Shown here in pieces: positions 36,720-50,542 of a stretch of 64,000 nucleotides of DNA (position 1 is the stretch's first letter; each line of letters begins with the position of its first letter). The position numbers were made by a program, and so were the translations under genes. Source of the DNA: Macrostomum hystrix (Eukaryota; Animalia; Platyhelminthes); contig CATNEN010000038.1 of assembly GCA_950097015.1 (NCBI GenBank), positions 496,001 through 560,000 of the forward strand. Direction: 5' to 3'. The notes under the pieces are model-generated. The model was given only the letters and a program-made list of their open reading frames with translations. It had not been told where the DNA came from and did not search any database.

Positions 36720-37945
36720 GTCTACTTCTCGCTTTCTATCTATCTACTTCTCGCTTTCTATCTATCTACTTCTCGTTCTGAATCTATCTATAGCTTCCCT
36801 CTGTATAGCTACTTCTCGTTCTGTGTCGATCTACTTCTCGCCCTGTATCTATCTACTTCTCGCCCTGTATCTATCTACTTCTCGCCCTGTATCTATCTAC
36901 TTCTCGGCCTGTATCTATCTAATTCTCGCCCTGTATCTATCTACTTCTCGCCCTGTATTTATCTACTTCTCGTTCTGAATCTATCTACTTCTCGTTCTGA
37001 ATCTATCTACTTCTCGTTCTGAATCTATCTATAGCTTCCCTCTGTATAGCTACTTCTCGTTCTGTGTCGATCTACTTCTCGCCCTGTATCTATCTACTTC
37101 TCGCCCTGTATCTATCTACTTCTCGCCCTGTATCTATCTACTTCTCGTTCTGAATCTATTTACTTCTCGCCCTGTATCTATCTACTTCTCGCCCTGTATC
37201 TATCTACTTCTCGCCCTGTATCTATCTACTTCTCGTTCTGAATCTATTTACTTCTCGCCCTGTATCTATCTACTTCTCGCCCTGTATCTATCTACTTCTC
37301 GCCCTGTATCTATCTACTTCTCGTTCTGAATCTATTTACTTCTCGCCCTGTATCTATCTACTTCTCGCCCTGTATCTATCTACTTCTCGCCCTGTATCTA
37401 TCTACTTCTCGTTCTGAATCTATTTACTTCTCGCCCTGTATCTATCTACTTCTCGCCCTGTATCTATCTACTTCTCGCCCTGTATCTATCTACTTCTCGC
37501 CCTGTATTTATCTACTTCTCGCCCTGTATCTATTTACTTCTCGCCCTGTATCTATCTACTTCTCGCCCTGTATCTATCTACTTCTCGTTCTGAATCTATC
37601 TACTTCTCGCCCTGTATCTATCTACTTCTCGCCCTGTATCTATCTACTTCTCGCCCTGTATCTATCTACTTCTCGTTCTGAATCTATCTAATTCTCGCCC
37701 TGTATCTATCTACTTCTCGCCCTGTATTTATCTACTTCTCGTTCTGAATCTATCTACTTCTCGTTCTGAATCTATCTACTTCTCGTTCTGAATCTATCTA
37801 CTTCTCGTTCTGAATCTATCTACTTCTCGTTCTGAATCTATCTACTTCTCGTTCTGAATCTATCTACTTCTCGTTCTGAATCTATCTACTTCTCGTTCTG
37901 AATCTATCTACTTCTCGTTCTGAATCTATCTACTTCTCGCCCTGT
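36720..37945. repeat. 22-bp minisatellite (ccctgtatctatctacttctcg / ttctga variant)
   Basis: About 55 copies, with an internal 241-bp higher-order duplication. Confidence 0.96.
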
Positions 37946-39653
37946 TTATCTGCCCCAGCAAGCCAAAACTGTATATTGCAAGCTTCGTGTCTCAGTTATA
38001 TATGTGAGTTGTGTTCAGCCACTCATATTCCCTTGAGTCCTCTTTAGCCCGCAGATCCCACAGACTGTTGAATGCCCGCGGACTAGAGCTTCGATCTGAA
38101 GTGTCTGCGAGGTCGCCCACTTCTGCCTGTCTATTCCCATTACGCTGAGCCTGCAGTCGACGGCTGCCCTACTCAGTTGAGAAGCCTACTCACAACCCTA
38201 CTCACCCCTACAGAGAGGAGGTGACACCGCAACTCAACTTCAATGCGAGACTTTCGCTACAGCTCCTCAATTCACTAATGAGTTTTCTCAATAGGCCTTC
38301 ACGGAAAAGTGAATGCTACGAAGCGCAATAGCTACTCCTGAATTTGGGTCTTTTGATTCTGCTGCTGATGCCGCATGTCTTGATACATGCCAGGGATTCA
38401 AAGAAAGTGACAGAGTCCTGTGATTCTATCCCTTTCTAGGGATTTAAGGAGAAAGATGTGGAGAAAAATTATGTATACAAATTGAGACCAGGCACCACTT
38501 TGACCACTCCCTGGGACCAGTGAGTCCAGGGAGAGAGAGGGACGGGAATTTGAAAATTTGGATGAATGAGGTGGAACAATTTATCAGACCAGTTCAGTCT
38601 TACCTGGAATCTGGAGAACATGCAAGGGTGTCTAGCAAGCTCTGAGCATGTCGCAGCACTGCAGCTCAACGGGGGACAACAGAAGCTTTTTAGTGGGAAC
38701 AGCTTTGTTGAGCTCTAGGATTGGTTTTAGATCAGTTGAGGCTTGGGCATTGCAAGCTTTTACGTTTCTCCCTTGAATTTCGTGTTCGCACAGTTAGGAT
38801 TCTCCCAGTGTGATGGGCCTTGTCCAGCCAATCCGGAGCAGTGCTAGGCCTAGTCTGCTTGCCAGTCACATTCCTGCCGCTGTACATGCAGGCCAACCCT
38901 GCCCACACCTACTAGTTAACCCCGCTAATCTGAAATGTAGCAATGGAAGGGGAGTGACTAGAGAAATAATTTCTTCCCCATCCACCCCACTTCCCTACCT
39001 AAAAATCTCCCATTTTAAAAACGCTGCACCGTGCAAACACACGCAACTGTTCCCATCCGGCCCATTGTGAGAGTTTCTCTGTTCGGCAAATGAAACTGGA
39101 TGACGTCACACTGCAGCAGAGTGACGGCCACAGCGGAACCCAGCCCACAACCATGAGGTCACAACTTGCAGCATTTCAACTTGCGATAGGAACAGAAACT
39201 GCCCCCGTCACGCGGTAGGAAACGCGATTCCCGACCCAAAATTGGTTTGGCGAAGGCGATAAAAGTAGGAAATCGGCCTGCGCGTGGGCGGCAGTTAATC
39301 CGAATGCACTTTTATGGATTTTAGCAGCCGCTAGATGTCTAACCGCCAATGACCATTTTAAAGAGATTTAAGGGGCATAAGGGCATTGGCTACAGTGCTT
39401 TAAAAATTTAGTTCACTTAAAAAATTATTGTTGCATTTTTTTTATTTCTGCTCACCGAAATTTCAGATTTTCCCAGCCTATTTTAAGGGCTCCGAATCGT
39501 GGATCTGGGATTTACTGGGCGTCGGGATTTCCTGACATGATATATTTCTTAGAAAATCCCCATATTTAGTTTTCTCCTACTTAGGGATATGCAATAGGCC
39601 TCGCTATTCCTTAATGCGGCATTTCCCGTAATTTAAGATTTCCCTCTTTAATT

Positions 39654-39973
39654 GATTATTCTTGCTATAAGATTATCTATCTAGTCACCAGGATTAACCC
39701 CAGATTATTCTTGCTAAAAGATTATCTAGTCACCAGGATTAACCCCAGATTATTCTTGCTATAAGATTATCTAGTCACCAGGATTAACCCCAGATTATTC
39801 TTGCTATAAGATTATCTAGTCACCAGGATTAACCCCAGATTATTCTTGCTATAAGATTATCTAGTCACCAGGATTAACCCCAGATTATTCTTGCTATAAG
39901 ATTATCTAGTCACCAGGATTAACCCCAGATTATTCTTGCTATAAGATTATCTAGTCACCAGGATTAACCCCAG
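39654..39973. repeat. 45-bp tandem repeat, about 7 copies
   Basis: Unit gattattcttgctataagattatctagtcaccaggattaacccca. Confidence 0.95.
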
Positions 39974-39984
39974 GGTTAGAGAAT

Positions 39985-40230
39985 TCGCATTCCTTTGCTA
40001 TTGGGTCGGGGTTCGATTCCTGACTCCGCTGAAATAACTGGCGTCCTTTAGCAACAAGACACTTTAGTCTGCGTTGCCTTTTTCATCTAACTGTTAAAAG
40101 GGTACCAGCATCAAATGGGATAATTAAGGGCGGGTGTGGCGTCCCCCCAGTCCATGGACTGAACAGCCGTACGCAGACTTCAGATGGCTGCGACTGTGCG
40201 GTCGGCTGCACACCTGGCCCGATAAGGCAG
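39985..40230 (+). mobile_element. tRNA-derived SINE fragment
   Basis: B-box ggttcgattcc at about 40010, followed by a CORE-like cctttagcaacaagacacttt and aaaagggtaccag segment. Confidence 0.5.
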
Positions 40231-41201
40231 GAATAACTAGTTAATATTTTTTGTTAGGAAATCTTTAAAATACGTGTCTCTGATTCTCGAAACCCCGAAT
40301 AAGAGATCTCTCATTTGATCTGCCCTCAGAACTGACAGACAGGACGCACACAAATCTTCACTGAGTACAGACTCAATGGCCCAGCCATCCAGCGAACTCT
40401 TCCCGGCGTCAATCGGTCTCTGAGATCCTAACGGTTTCATTTCCAGGGTCTTCCCCTCGGGTTTCGGTTGACAAAATTTCCAAATCTCTACCCGCATGCA
40501 CTTCTGCCTTCGCAATGCATCAAACTGCTCTCGTACGTGCGCGTTTGAGAATGGGACTCAGCTTCTATCGACCCAACTCAGCACATTTGATAGTCCTGCT
40601 CTATTGGGCACGGATTCAGCTGCTCTCCAACCTCACTTTGCTCATTCCCTCAGGCCGCAGACAAGATTAGATGAGCCAATAATTAATTACATTAGTAGAT
40701 AGGACTAACAGCCCGCTTGAGTTGAGTCTGATTTTTTTCATTTTAAGCCACTTGAAGACTGGCAAATCTACGAGTATAAAATCCTTAATTATCCCCGTTT
40801 GTAACAGGTAGTTAAAATACGAGCGTAATATACTTTCAGTGAGCTGAACAATTCCATTCTCGTAGTGAGCGCCGATAAACTTTCATTTCAAACTTTTTAA
40901 TTTGACAAATTTTTCAAACTGACCCCGTTGACCCTATCTACACTACTTGATTCATTAAATAAGTAGCCACAATAGTTTTTTTTCTGATTGTAAAGCATAA
41001 AAAACGAAATTCCATCTGCATCTCCAGCAACAATTTGACAGTTCCAGGTTCGATACAAAGTTATGGCTCTCCTTCGGTACTGCTTAGACCTGGCGCCTCG
41101 ATTCTCAATTCGAGTATTCTGTCTCATGAACCCGCGTCTCTGATTTCTGCTGTTTTGCATATCCCCCGTCTCACTAGTCTCTTCCGGTCTCATATTTTTC
41201 T

Positions 41202-41808
41202 TGTCTCATCTCTCCCCTGTGTCATCTCTCCCCTGTGTCATCTCTCCCCTGTGTCATCTCTCCCCTTTCTCAGCTCTCCCCTGTCTCCTCTCTCCCTGTG
41301 TCATCTCTCCCCTGTGTCATCTCTCCCCTTTCTCAGCTCTCCCCTGTCTCCTCTCTCCCTGTGTCATCTCTCCCCTGTGTCATCTCTCCCCTGTCTCATC
41401 TCTCCCCTGTGTCATCTCTCCCCTGTGTCATCTCTCCCCTGTGTCATCTCTCCCCTGTGTCATCTCTCCCCTGTGTCATCTCTCCCCTGTGTCATCTCTC
41501 CCCTGTGTCATCTCTCCCCTGTGTCATCTCTCCCCTGTGTCATCTCTCCCCTGTGTCATCTCTCCCAGTGTCATCTCTCCCCTGTGTCATCTCTCCCCTG
41601 TGTCATCTCTCCCCTGTGTCATCTCTCCCCTGTGTCCTCTCTCCCCTATGTCATCTCTCCCCTGTGTCCTCTCTCCCCTATGTCATCTCTCCCCTATGTC
41701 ATCTCTCCCCTGTGTCATCTCTCCCCTTTCTCAGCTCTCCCCTGTCTCCTCTCTCCCTGTGTCATCTCCCCTGTCTCATCTCTCCCCTGTCTCATCTCTC
41801 CCCTGTAT
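41202..41808. repeat. 17-bp pyrimidine-rich minisatellite (ctgtgtcatctctcccc); degenerate relative at about 44515-44690
   Basis: Direct inspection. Confidence 0.95.
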
Positions 41809-42224
41809 CCCCTTCCCGGCAGCACATCAAATGTCTAATTAAGCTTTAAGCATCGCGTCACCATGCTATATGTACGTAGAAGCGACGCAAAGATTGCTAT
41901 ATTATTATAGGAATAGTTTTGAGGTAACTCATTGCTGTCTAGCTTAAGGCGGAGGACAAGATTTGGAATTTGAGACAGCTGGACAGTCGCTGTGCTGTGC
42001 TAAGAAATCAATACTCCTACATGCTTATCTGGCTCTGCTGGCTCCGGGTAATGAGTTCCGGACACCTGACCTGGCGATGAGGCGGCAAGTTCGGATCAAA
42101 TTTTGCACTTCTACATACACCTAGCTGCTTAGCACCCCCATATACTCGTACAATATAAAACTCCTCATGTGAACAGTTTTGAATATGAAGAATATATGAA
42201 GACTATATGAAGACGATAAACTCG

Positions 42225-43016
42225 CTCATGTAGCCTGGTCAATTCCTATCAAACTGGTTCGCCCACAACCACTCATGTAGCCTGGTCAATTCCTATCAAA
42301 CTGGTTCGCCCACAACCACTCATGTAGCCTAGTCAATTCCTATCAAACTGGTTCGCCCACAACCACTCATGTAGCCTGGTCAATTCCTATCAAACTGGTT
42401 GGCCCACAACCACTCATGTAGCCTGGTCAATTCCTATCAAACTGGTTCGCCCACAACCACTCATGTAGCCTAGTCAATTCCTATCAAACTGGTTCGCCCA
42501 CAACCACTCATGTAGCCTAGTCAATTCCTATCAAACTGGTTCGCCCACAACCACTCATGTAGCCTAGTCAATTCCTATCAAACTGGTTCGCCCACAACCA
42601 CTCATGTAGCCTAGTCAATTCCTATCAAACTGGTTCGCCCACAACCACTCATGTAGCCTAGTCAATTCCTATCAAACTGGTTCGCCCACAACCACTCATG
42701 TAGCCTAGTCAATTCCTATCAAACTGGTTCGCCCACAACCACTCATATAGCCTGGTCAATTCCTATCAAACTGGTTCGCCCACAACCACTCATGTAGCCT
42801 GGTCAATTCCTATCAAACTGGTTCCCCCACAACCACTCATGTAGCCTAGTCAATTCCTATCAAACTGGTTCGCCCACAACCACTCATATAGCCTGGTCAA
42901 TTCCTATCAAACTGGTTCGCCCACAACCACTCATGTAGCCTGGTCAATTCCTATCAAACTGGTTCGCCCACAACCACTCATGTAGCCTGGTCAATTCCTA
43001 TCAAACTGGTTCGCCC
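42225..43016. repeat. 47-bp minisatellite, about 17 copies
   Basis: Unit ctcatgtagcctggtcaattcctatcaaactggttcgcccacaacca; ends 45 bp from a splice donor. Confidence 0.97.
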
Positions 43017-43060
43017 GATTTGATTCACACGAAACTAGGTGCAGTGCAAAGTCCTCTCAC

Positions 43061-43271
43061 CCTGGTTTGGCCAGCTCCTGCTGGTTCTGCGGCCTGCGTC
43101 GCCACTGACATTGTCGAAGCCCCGTTGCCGCCGACTCCGACTCCTCCTCCTTTGATGCTTGAAGGCGCAGCTTTGGATGACGTCGACGTCATTGATGTTT
43201 GATGTTTCAGTTGACGCTGATGATGTGGCGGCGGTGGCGGAGGTGGAGGCGGCACGAGCTGCAATTGCAGA

Positions 43272-43302
<31 letters not shown>

Positions 43303-43830
43303 AGCAATCAGCGAACGACAATGGGGCATCGTGAATCCACACTGGAGTCTGGCGCTGTGGGGCCGTATCGGGAAGCTCAAACACTCTGAACTGCTGCTGC
43401 TGCTGCTGCTGCTGTTGCCGTCTTTGAGGAAGCTGCGGTGATGCTACAGCACGAAACGCCCGGAGCAAACTGGGACTCGCTGGTGCAGCCTGCTGCTGCT
43501 GCTGCTGCTGCTGTCGATAGTCAGTTTGCGGTGGTGGCAGCTGATAGGAGTGCTGCCTGCTCGGAGATTTCTTCTGAGGAGAAGTTGGCGCCGATTGGGG
43601 GTAACTCAGAGTCTGAGACTGCTGCTGCTGATGCTGCTGATGATGATGATGGTTATAAGGTGGAGTCGTTGGTGGTGGCGGCGGCTTCTTTCCTCGAAAC
43701 GAGAACTTGGCCAGCATGCTGGGAGCTGGTAGATGCGACTGCTGGCGGTGGCCAAAGCCGGTTTGGTGGTTGTTGAAGCAGATTGGAGCAACTGTAGCCA
43801 CTGCTGGACTAGCCTGCTGCTGCTGCTGCT
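43061..43830 (-). CDS. Gln/Pro/His-rich coding exon, probably an upstream exon of the NCKAP5-like gene
   Basis: About 250-codon open frame ending ACC AGG|gtgaga (phase 0, matching the phase-0 acceptor at 35420). An upstream in-frame stop implies an acceptor at about 43830 or an internal ATG. Confidence 0.55.
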
Positions 43831-45671
43831 GGTGTATTTGTTTTCAGCAATGGCAGATTAACAAGCTGATGATTTAGAAGCAATTAGTGTCTGGCCGACA
43901 CCAGCTAAAGCATTTTGCGTGTGGTCTCAGAGTTGGCCTACTCGGACCCTGCCCTGCTGGTTTCTCTGTGTTCGCTACATTGTGTTTTTTCAAGCAGTTT
44001 TATACCTCTCTATGAGCTGCGGCCGCGGCAGTCATGGGAAGAGAGGTCTCTTCAAGTTCTGAGAGTCGCAGAGAGAATAACAGAGAGAGAGAAGAGTGCA
44101 CGAGAGACTCCAACCGCAAATTGGCTGCCTGTATGCAAGAAAAAATCTCTTAAGTATAAATTAAAGTTATCAGGAGCCGAATAAAAAACCAGATGGCTGA
44201 GAAAGCGAAAGAAGCGCCAACAGAGGTCAAGATACAGCAGCCAGGCCATTGTTGGGCGGTCTCTAGTGAGAACGAAAAGAATGGACAGCGTGGGAGAGAG
44301 CAGCCCCACCAACCTTCCTCCTCTCGGCCCTATTAACAATCTGCTTATAAAAGGCTGATGTGCTTTTTTCTCAGCTATCGCCAACTGTCAGGCTGGCCTA
44401 TAAGAATGTGGCCATTTAAAATGCCGCTGATCCTTGGCTTGGCGACTTGGCGACCTCCTTGTAACAAGCTAGCTAGGGCCCATCGAAACGCCCTTCTAAC
44501 ACATTCGCATCCTATTTCATCTCTGCCCTGCCTCATCTCTCCGACGTATCATTTATCCCCTGTCTCATCTCGCTTCTGTCTCATTTCTCTGATGTCTCCC
44601 CTGTCTCGTCTCCCCTGTCTCATCTCTCCCCTTTCTCATTTCTCTCCTGTCTCATTTTCACCTGCCCTTTCAGTTCCCTGTCTTGTCTCTTTCTTGCTGC
44701 CGACCAAGCTCAAATGTTCATTCTGATTTGCTGTTCAGACAAGAATTTGAACTTCAAAACAGCTTTTGTGCAGAGAGCTCACAAATGATCCAGCTATGAG
44801 CTCCTGTGGGGGGGCAGTGGCAAGTGTGCACATATGCGGTGAGTCATTTACCTGCATGCGTCAGTGCTGTGAGGCTCTCCTGAGTTGCTTGAGCTAAGAG
44901 TATGGGTTGGGCTTGGCCAGGTCGGTCTAGAAAAGCTTGCTCACAGAAACTCAAATTGAGTTTGTCTCAGTTGAACTGCTCAATTTTTTTAGTCTGGACT
45001 CATTGCTGGCGTGAAATCGGTTCTGAGTAGCTAAATACAAAACAATTGTCTATTCTTATCGACTATCTAAGTCGGCGCCATAAAAGAAGAGCAAAAAACA
45101 TTGTATTAAGAAGACTTTAGTAACTCTGATACTTGACGACTTGTTCTGCCAAGTTCACAGTACACGAATTTATATACAAACAGAGTTTTGCATTGGCCGC
45201 ACTAGACCTTTGCTGCGCTATTTTCCCTACCTCTCTTCAGCTGTTCGCTTCCCTACCAGAACTCGCTTATGCCTGTTCAGTTTGTATTGCGCAGGTTAAC
45301 TAAAATCAGCCAATCCGCACGCGACATTCCTGCACAGACACGACCAATGAGGAACCCCTGGAATCACAGCCGCCCCCTCATTCACTCTGGCGATGACCTT
45401 TGCGTATTTTAGGCTATCCTGTCCTGGATCAGGGCGAACTGCAGGTAATTTACTCTGATGGCACCCAACTGTGGATGCAGGTGGCCTCACCTGCCTGCTC
45501 TCTGGGGTTTTCTTAGAAAGTGCAAAAAGTGCATCGGTAAAATAAACTTTCCTTTTGAAACTAATGTATTTTCCTCTCACTGACGATTCGTGATTAAACG
45601 TTTTGGTTTCAACTGTCTCGTATCCCCTCATAAGTGCCTCACATCGTCTCTTAGCTTTAAGATCACCTCTA

Positions 45672-46508
45672 AGTCTGTCTCAATCTGTCTCAGTCTGTCT
45701 CAGTCTGTCTCAGCCTGTCTCAGTCTGTCTCAGCCTGTCTCAGTCTGTCTCAGTCTGTCTCAGTCTGTCTCAGTCTGTCTCAGTCTGTCTCAGTCTGTCT
45801 CAGTCTGTCTCAGTCTGTCTCAGTCTGTCTCAGTCTGTCTCAGTCTGTCTCAGTCTGTCTCAGTCTGTCTCAGTCTGTCTCAGTCTGTCTCAGTCTGTCT
45901 CAGTCTGTCTCAGTCTGTCTCAGTCTGTCTCAGTCTGTCTCAGTCTGTCTCAGTCTGTCTCAGTCTGTCTCAGTCTGTCTCAGTCTGTCTCAGTCTGTCT
46001 CAGTCTGTCTCAGTCTGTCTCAGTCTGTCTCAGTCTGTCTCAGCCTGTCTCAGCCTGTCCCAGCCTGTCTCAGCCTGTCTCAGTCTGTCTCAGTCTGTCT
46101 CAGGCTGTCTCAGTCTGTCTCAGTCTGTCTCAGTCTGTCTCAGTCTGTCTCAGTCTGTCTCAGTCTGTCTCAGTCTGTCTCAGTCTGTCTCAGTCTGTCT
46201 CAGTCTGTCTCAGTCTGTCTCAGTCTGTCTCAGTCTGTCTCAGTCTGTCTCAGTCTGTCTCAGTCTGTCTCAGTCTGTCTCAGTCTGTCTCAGTCTGTCT
46301 CAGCCTGTCTCAGCCTGTCCCAGCCTGTCTCAGCCTGTCTCAGTCTGTCTCAGTCTGTCTCAGGCTGTCTCAGTCTGTCTCAGTCTGTCTCAGTCTGTCT
46401 CAGGCTCTCAGTCTGTCTCAGTCTGTCTCAGCCTGTCTCAGTCTGTCTCAGTCTGTCTCAGCCTGTCTCAGCCTGTTTCAGTCTGTCTCAGTCTGTCTCA
46501 GTCTGTCT
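45672..46508. repeat. 10-bp repeat (cagtctgtct)n
   Basis: About 83 near-perfect copies. Confidence 0.97.
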
Positions 46509-47216
46509 AATTGTACAGCTAGGAGTAATAATTAAGGTTCTCTTGCTTAGTGATACGAGTTGTTTTCCTGGCTGAGATTCGAACCCCTGACGTTTTGGTC
46601 AAGAGCCAACCGAACTAAAAACCTTTCACGTCCCCTCCAAGAGTACCTCTATTCTCTCCCTAGTTTGAAATTCGCTAATCTGTTAATTTCTGACAATTTC
46701 CCTGTCAGTTTACTGTTGAATTGATTCATCAGTTGTGGACTTCAACAGTGGAAGACACAGGACGCATAAAAGTGTGATTGAAGGCACCAGCGGAACCAGG
46801 TCAGGCGAATCGGAACGCTTAAAATGCTTTCAGGGTGAAAACCGAGAAAGGGTGAAAAACCCTTTAGAAGGATGCTGCTGTTGCTTGCCTGACGTGATGT
46901 TTGAACTGTTCAACTGAGGCAACTGAGGTTGTAAAAGAAGTGTTCGAAGCACAATAACTTTAACTTTGGTGCTGTAAAATCTGCAACAGCCTTGCATGAG
47001 GCCAATAAAAATATATACGAGCGTAGCTTGATCTGCGTGCAGCTGGACTGTCGTGAACCTGGCGACAACTCTATGACACCTCACCTAGTCAGGTGTCAGT
47101 TGTCAGTGCATCACTCAAGGCATTGTCGAGTCTATAATGGTATTTAATTAGCCGAACAATATCCATCTCCTCCGCCATGTCCTATTTTATCCGTGATCCT
47201 CAATTCCGTCATTCAC

Positions 47217-48050
47217 CCTCTGTGATCTCCTCCTCTTTGATCTCCTCCTCTGTGATCTCCCCCTCTGTGATCTCCTCCTCTGTGATCTCCCCCTCTGTGA
47301 TCTCCCCCTCTTTGATCTCCCCCTCTGTGATCCCCCCTCTGGGATCTCCCCCTCAGTGATCTCCCCCTCTATGATCTCCTCCTCTGTGATCTCCTCCTCT
47401 GTGATCTCCCCCTCTGTGATCTCCCCCCTCTGTGATCTCCCCCTCTGTGATCTCCTCCTCTGTGATCTCCTCCTCTATGATCTCCTCCTCTGTGATCTCC
47501 TCCTTTTTGATCTCCCCCTCTGTGATCTCCCCCTCTGTGATCCCCCTTCTGTGATCTCCCCCTCTGTTATCTCCTCCTCTTTGATCTCCTCTTCTGCGAT
47601 CTCCCCCTCTGTGATCTCCCTCTCTGTGATCTCCCCCTCAGTGATCTCCCCCTCTATGATCTCCTCCTCTGTGATCTCCTCCTCTGTGATCTCCCCCTCT
47701 GTGATCTCCCCCCTCTGTGATCTCCCCCTCTGTGATCTCCTCCTCTGTGATCTCCTCCTCTATGATCTCCTCCTCTGTGATCTCCTCCTTTTTGATCTCC
47801 CCCTCTGTGATCTCCCCCTCTGTGATCCCCCTTCTGTGATCTCCCCCTCTGTTATCTCCTCCTCTTTGATCTCCTCTTCTGCGATCTCCCCCTCTGTGAT
47901 CTCCCTCTCTGTGATCTCCCCCTCTGTGATCCCCCTCTGTGATCTCGTCTTCTGTGATCTCCCCCTCTGTGATCTCCCCCTCTGTGATATCCTCCTCTGT
48001 GATATCCTCCTCTGTGATCTCCTCCTCTGTGATCTCCCATTCTGTTATCT
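47217..48050. repeat. 15-bp minisatellite (ctctgtgatctcccc) with 285-bp higher-order duplication
   Basis: 47356-47640 is repeated at 47641-47925. Confidence 0.95.
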
Positions 48051-48495
48051 CCGCCTCTTGTCTCCCTTGTCATTATTTTTTAAACATTTTTAAATGTTCA
48101 ATCAAACATTTCCCTTCAGAAATTCTTTTATTGTACCCGCAGCAAAATTGCGCTCAAAATTCTCTGATTAGACAATCAGTTATGCACTTAGCTTTACAAG
48201 AGATTGAAGATATATAGAAAGGCAGTGAAATGCGACAATCTACCCGGGGGTAGCGAAGGTGTCACTGCGAAGCAATCCTCACAATTGCGCTCGATTGCAC
48301 TTACTGCAGGCAGTCGGGGCTTGCGTGGATCCCACACCAGAAAGCTGACGCATCTGAGAGGCAGCCAGCGTTACCCACCCACGCATCACCAACATCGCCA
48401 GTTCCATCAGGTTCTATAAGTTGAGGCCTGCATCCAAATCAAGCTTCAGTTCATGGCACTACTACCATAGGTTAGTATTTATGTTGATGAAGAGT

Positions 48496-48497
<2 letters not shown>

Positions 48498-48533
<36 letters not shown>
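48498..48533. repeat. (CAG)n microsatellite
   Basis: About 12 CAG units. Confidence 0.9.
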
Positions 48534-48536
<3 letters not shown>

Positions 48537-49279
48537 ACAGCAGGCGACAGAGAAAATAAACCGCTGGACCCCGGGATGCGAATTCAGTGTTTTGGTATTT
48601 GCGGTGGAGTGGAGCCTTGGCGGTGTCATTCTCCCAGCTAGCACGGAACACACCGACTTCCTTGCCTCCCCTGCATCCGATGTCGCTTCCTTATCCATCG
48701 AGTTCGTAAAATTGTTGCTGGCCAACTGACATTTCTGCGCCGAGTTCGTACTTAAACAAACAGAGGCGAGACCTCCAGCGCTGCACCGGCCTTACAAACG
48801 GGTGTTTATTTTTCTAATCATCGTGAGGCCGCAAAGTCCACAGATGGTTAGTACACTGCGCGAACCACCAAAACTGCAGGTGCTTCTGCGACAACCTCCC
48901 TAGCCATTTCCAGCTTTCCCTAATGACGCTTTGGGGCTGCTTTTATTATCATGAATCCCCAGGATTGCGACAAAAGTGAAGGATAACAAACTGACTGATT
49001 CGCAAGGCGGCATTCGTAGCCATCCCCACGAGACAGATGAGAGATAGGCCTATACGCTACACAAGCCACACTTTTAAGGCTCTACTGACATTTTCGAACT
49101 GCTAGGAAATGCATAAAATTAGATGGAAAAGGGGAAAACTGAAGGAGAACTGGGGTTGAAAGAATGCGTCTCAGGTGAATAACTATAATTATAACTGTTC
49201 ATGTTTTGCAATAAGGCGGAATCTAGTTGACAGGTTGCGCTGGTGTGAAAGTCCGTTTACTTGCTCTGTCACTGTGTAC

Positions 49280-50101
49280 CATGAATCGCTTGAGTGTACC
49301 GTGTATCGCTTGTGTGTACCATTTATCGCTTGTGTCTGCCGTGTATCGCTTGTGTGTACCATTAACGCTTGTTTGTTTCGTGTATCTCTTGTGCACATCG
49401 TGAATCGCTTGTGTTTTCAGTGTATCGCTTGTGTTTTCAGTGTACGCTTGTGTTTTCAGTGTACGCTTGTGTTTTCATCGCTTGTGTTTTCAGTGTATCG
49501 CTTGTGTTTTCAGTGTACGCTTGTGTTTTCAGTGTACGCTTGTGTTTTCATCGCTTGTGTTTTCAGTGTATCGCTTGTGTGTTCAGTGTATCGTTTGAAC
49601 TTTAGATTCGTTTGAACTTTAGATTCGTTTGAACTTTAGATTCGTTTGAACTTTAGATTCGTTTGAACTTTAGATTCGTTTGAACTTTAGATTCGTTTGA
49701 ACTTTAGATTCGTTTGAACTTTAGATTCGTTTGAACTTTAGATTCGTTTGAACTTTAGATTCGTTTGAACTTTAGATTCGTTTGAACTTTAGATTCGTTT
49801 GAACTTTAGATTCGTTTGAACTTTAGATTCGTTTGAACTTTAGATTCGTTTGAACTTTAGATTCGTTTGAACTTTAGATTCGTTTGAACTTTAGATTCGT
49901 TTGAACTTTAGATTCGTTTGAACTTTAGATTCGTTTGAACTTTAGATTCGTTTGAACTTTAGATTCGTTTGAACTTTAGATTCGTTTGAACTTTAGATTC
50001 GTTTGAACTTTAGATTCGTTTGAACTTTAGATTCGTTTGAACTTTAGATTCGTTTGAACTTTAGATTCGTTTGAACTTTAGATTCGTTTGAACTTTAGAT
50101 T
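49280..50101. repeat. Compound array: degenerate repeat of about 21 bp (gtgtatcgcttgtgttttca) followed by perfect 17-bp repeat (cgtttgaactttagatt) x30
   Basis: The unit switches at about 49590. Confidence 0.96.
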
Positions 50102-50487
50102 CTATGAATCATCACATTAAAAAAGCTTAGCTTTTTATTTATTCGCATTGCCTATCAACTTGAACTTCTTATCTTCTTCGTTCCTACTTAAAGTAGCTTT
50201 TTAAGGCTTACTTCTTGTTTCAAATATAAGATGATGTCCCAGCACACTTAAATGGAGGATCTAATATGGGGATCTATATAACAAACTGCTAATAGTCTAC
50301 AAAAAAGCTCGCAGAAAAGACGAACCTCCCTGCTATATCGTAAAAAAAGAAGCTAATAGAACTGATTTAAAACTAAAAGAAAAAATATTTGGTGACAAAA
50401 AAGGTCAGGAAGATGTTTGCAGTACAATATCTGGGAAAATAAATGTGTGTAAATCCGTTCACGGAGTTGGTCTTCTGCAATCAATGA

Positions 50488-50542
50488 CACTACTGGGAGG
50501 GAGAGCCTGTGCCGCTGCTGCCGCTGTTCCTTCACAATGTTG
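50488..50542 (-). pseudogene. Paralogous fragment of the decarboxylase last-exon 3' end
   Basis: cactactgggagggagagcctgtgccgctgctgccgctg..aatgttg matches 54695-54775. Confidence 0.75.

Noticed and set aside
42225-43016. CRISPR-like appearance of the 26-47-bp arrays (also 1-601, 29452-29750 and 39654-39973)
   Set aside because: The units are head-to-tail with no unique spacers, there are no cas genes, and the context is eukaryotic.
48421-48729. PolyQ or polyC ORFs around the CAG tract as an additional exon
   Set aside because: No recognisable domain or convincing phase-matched splice sites.
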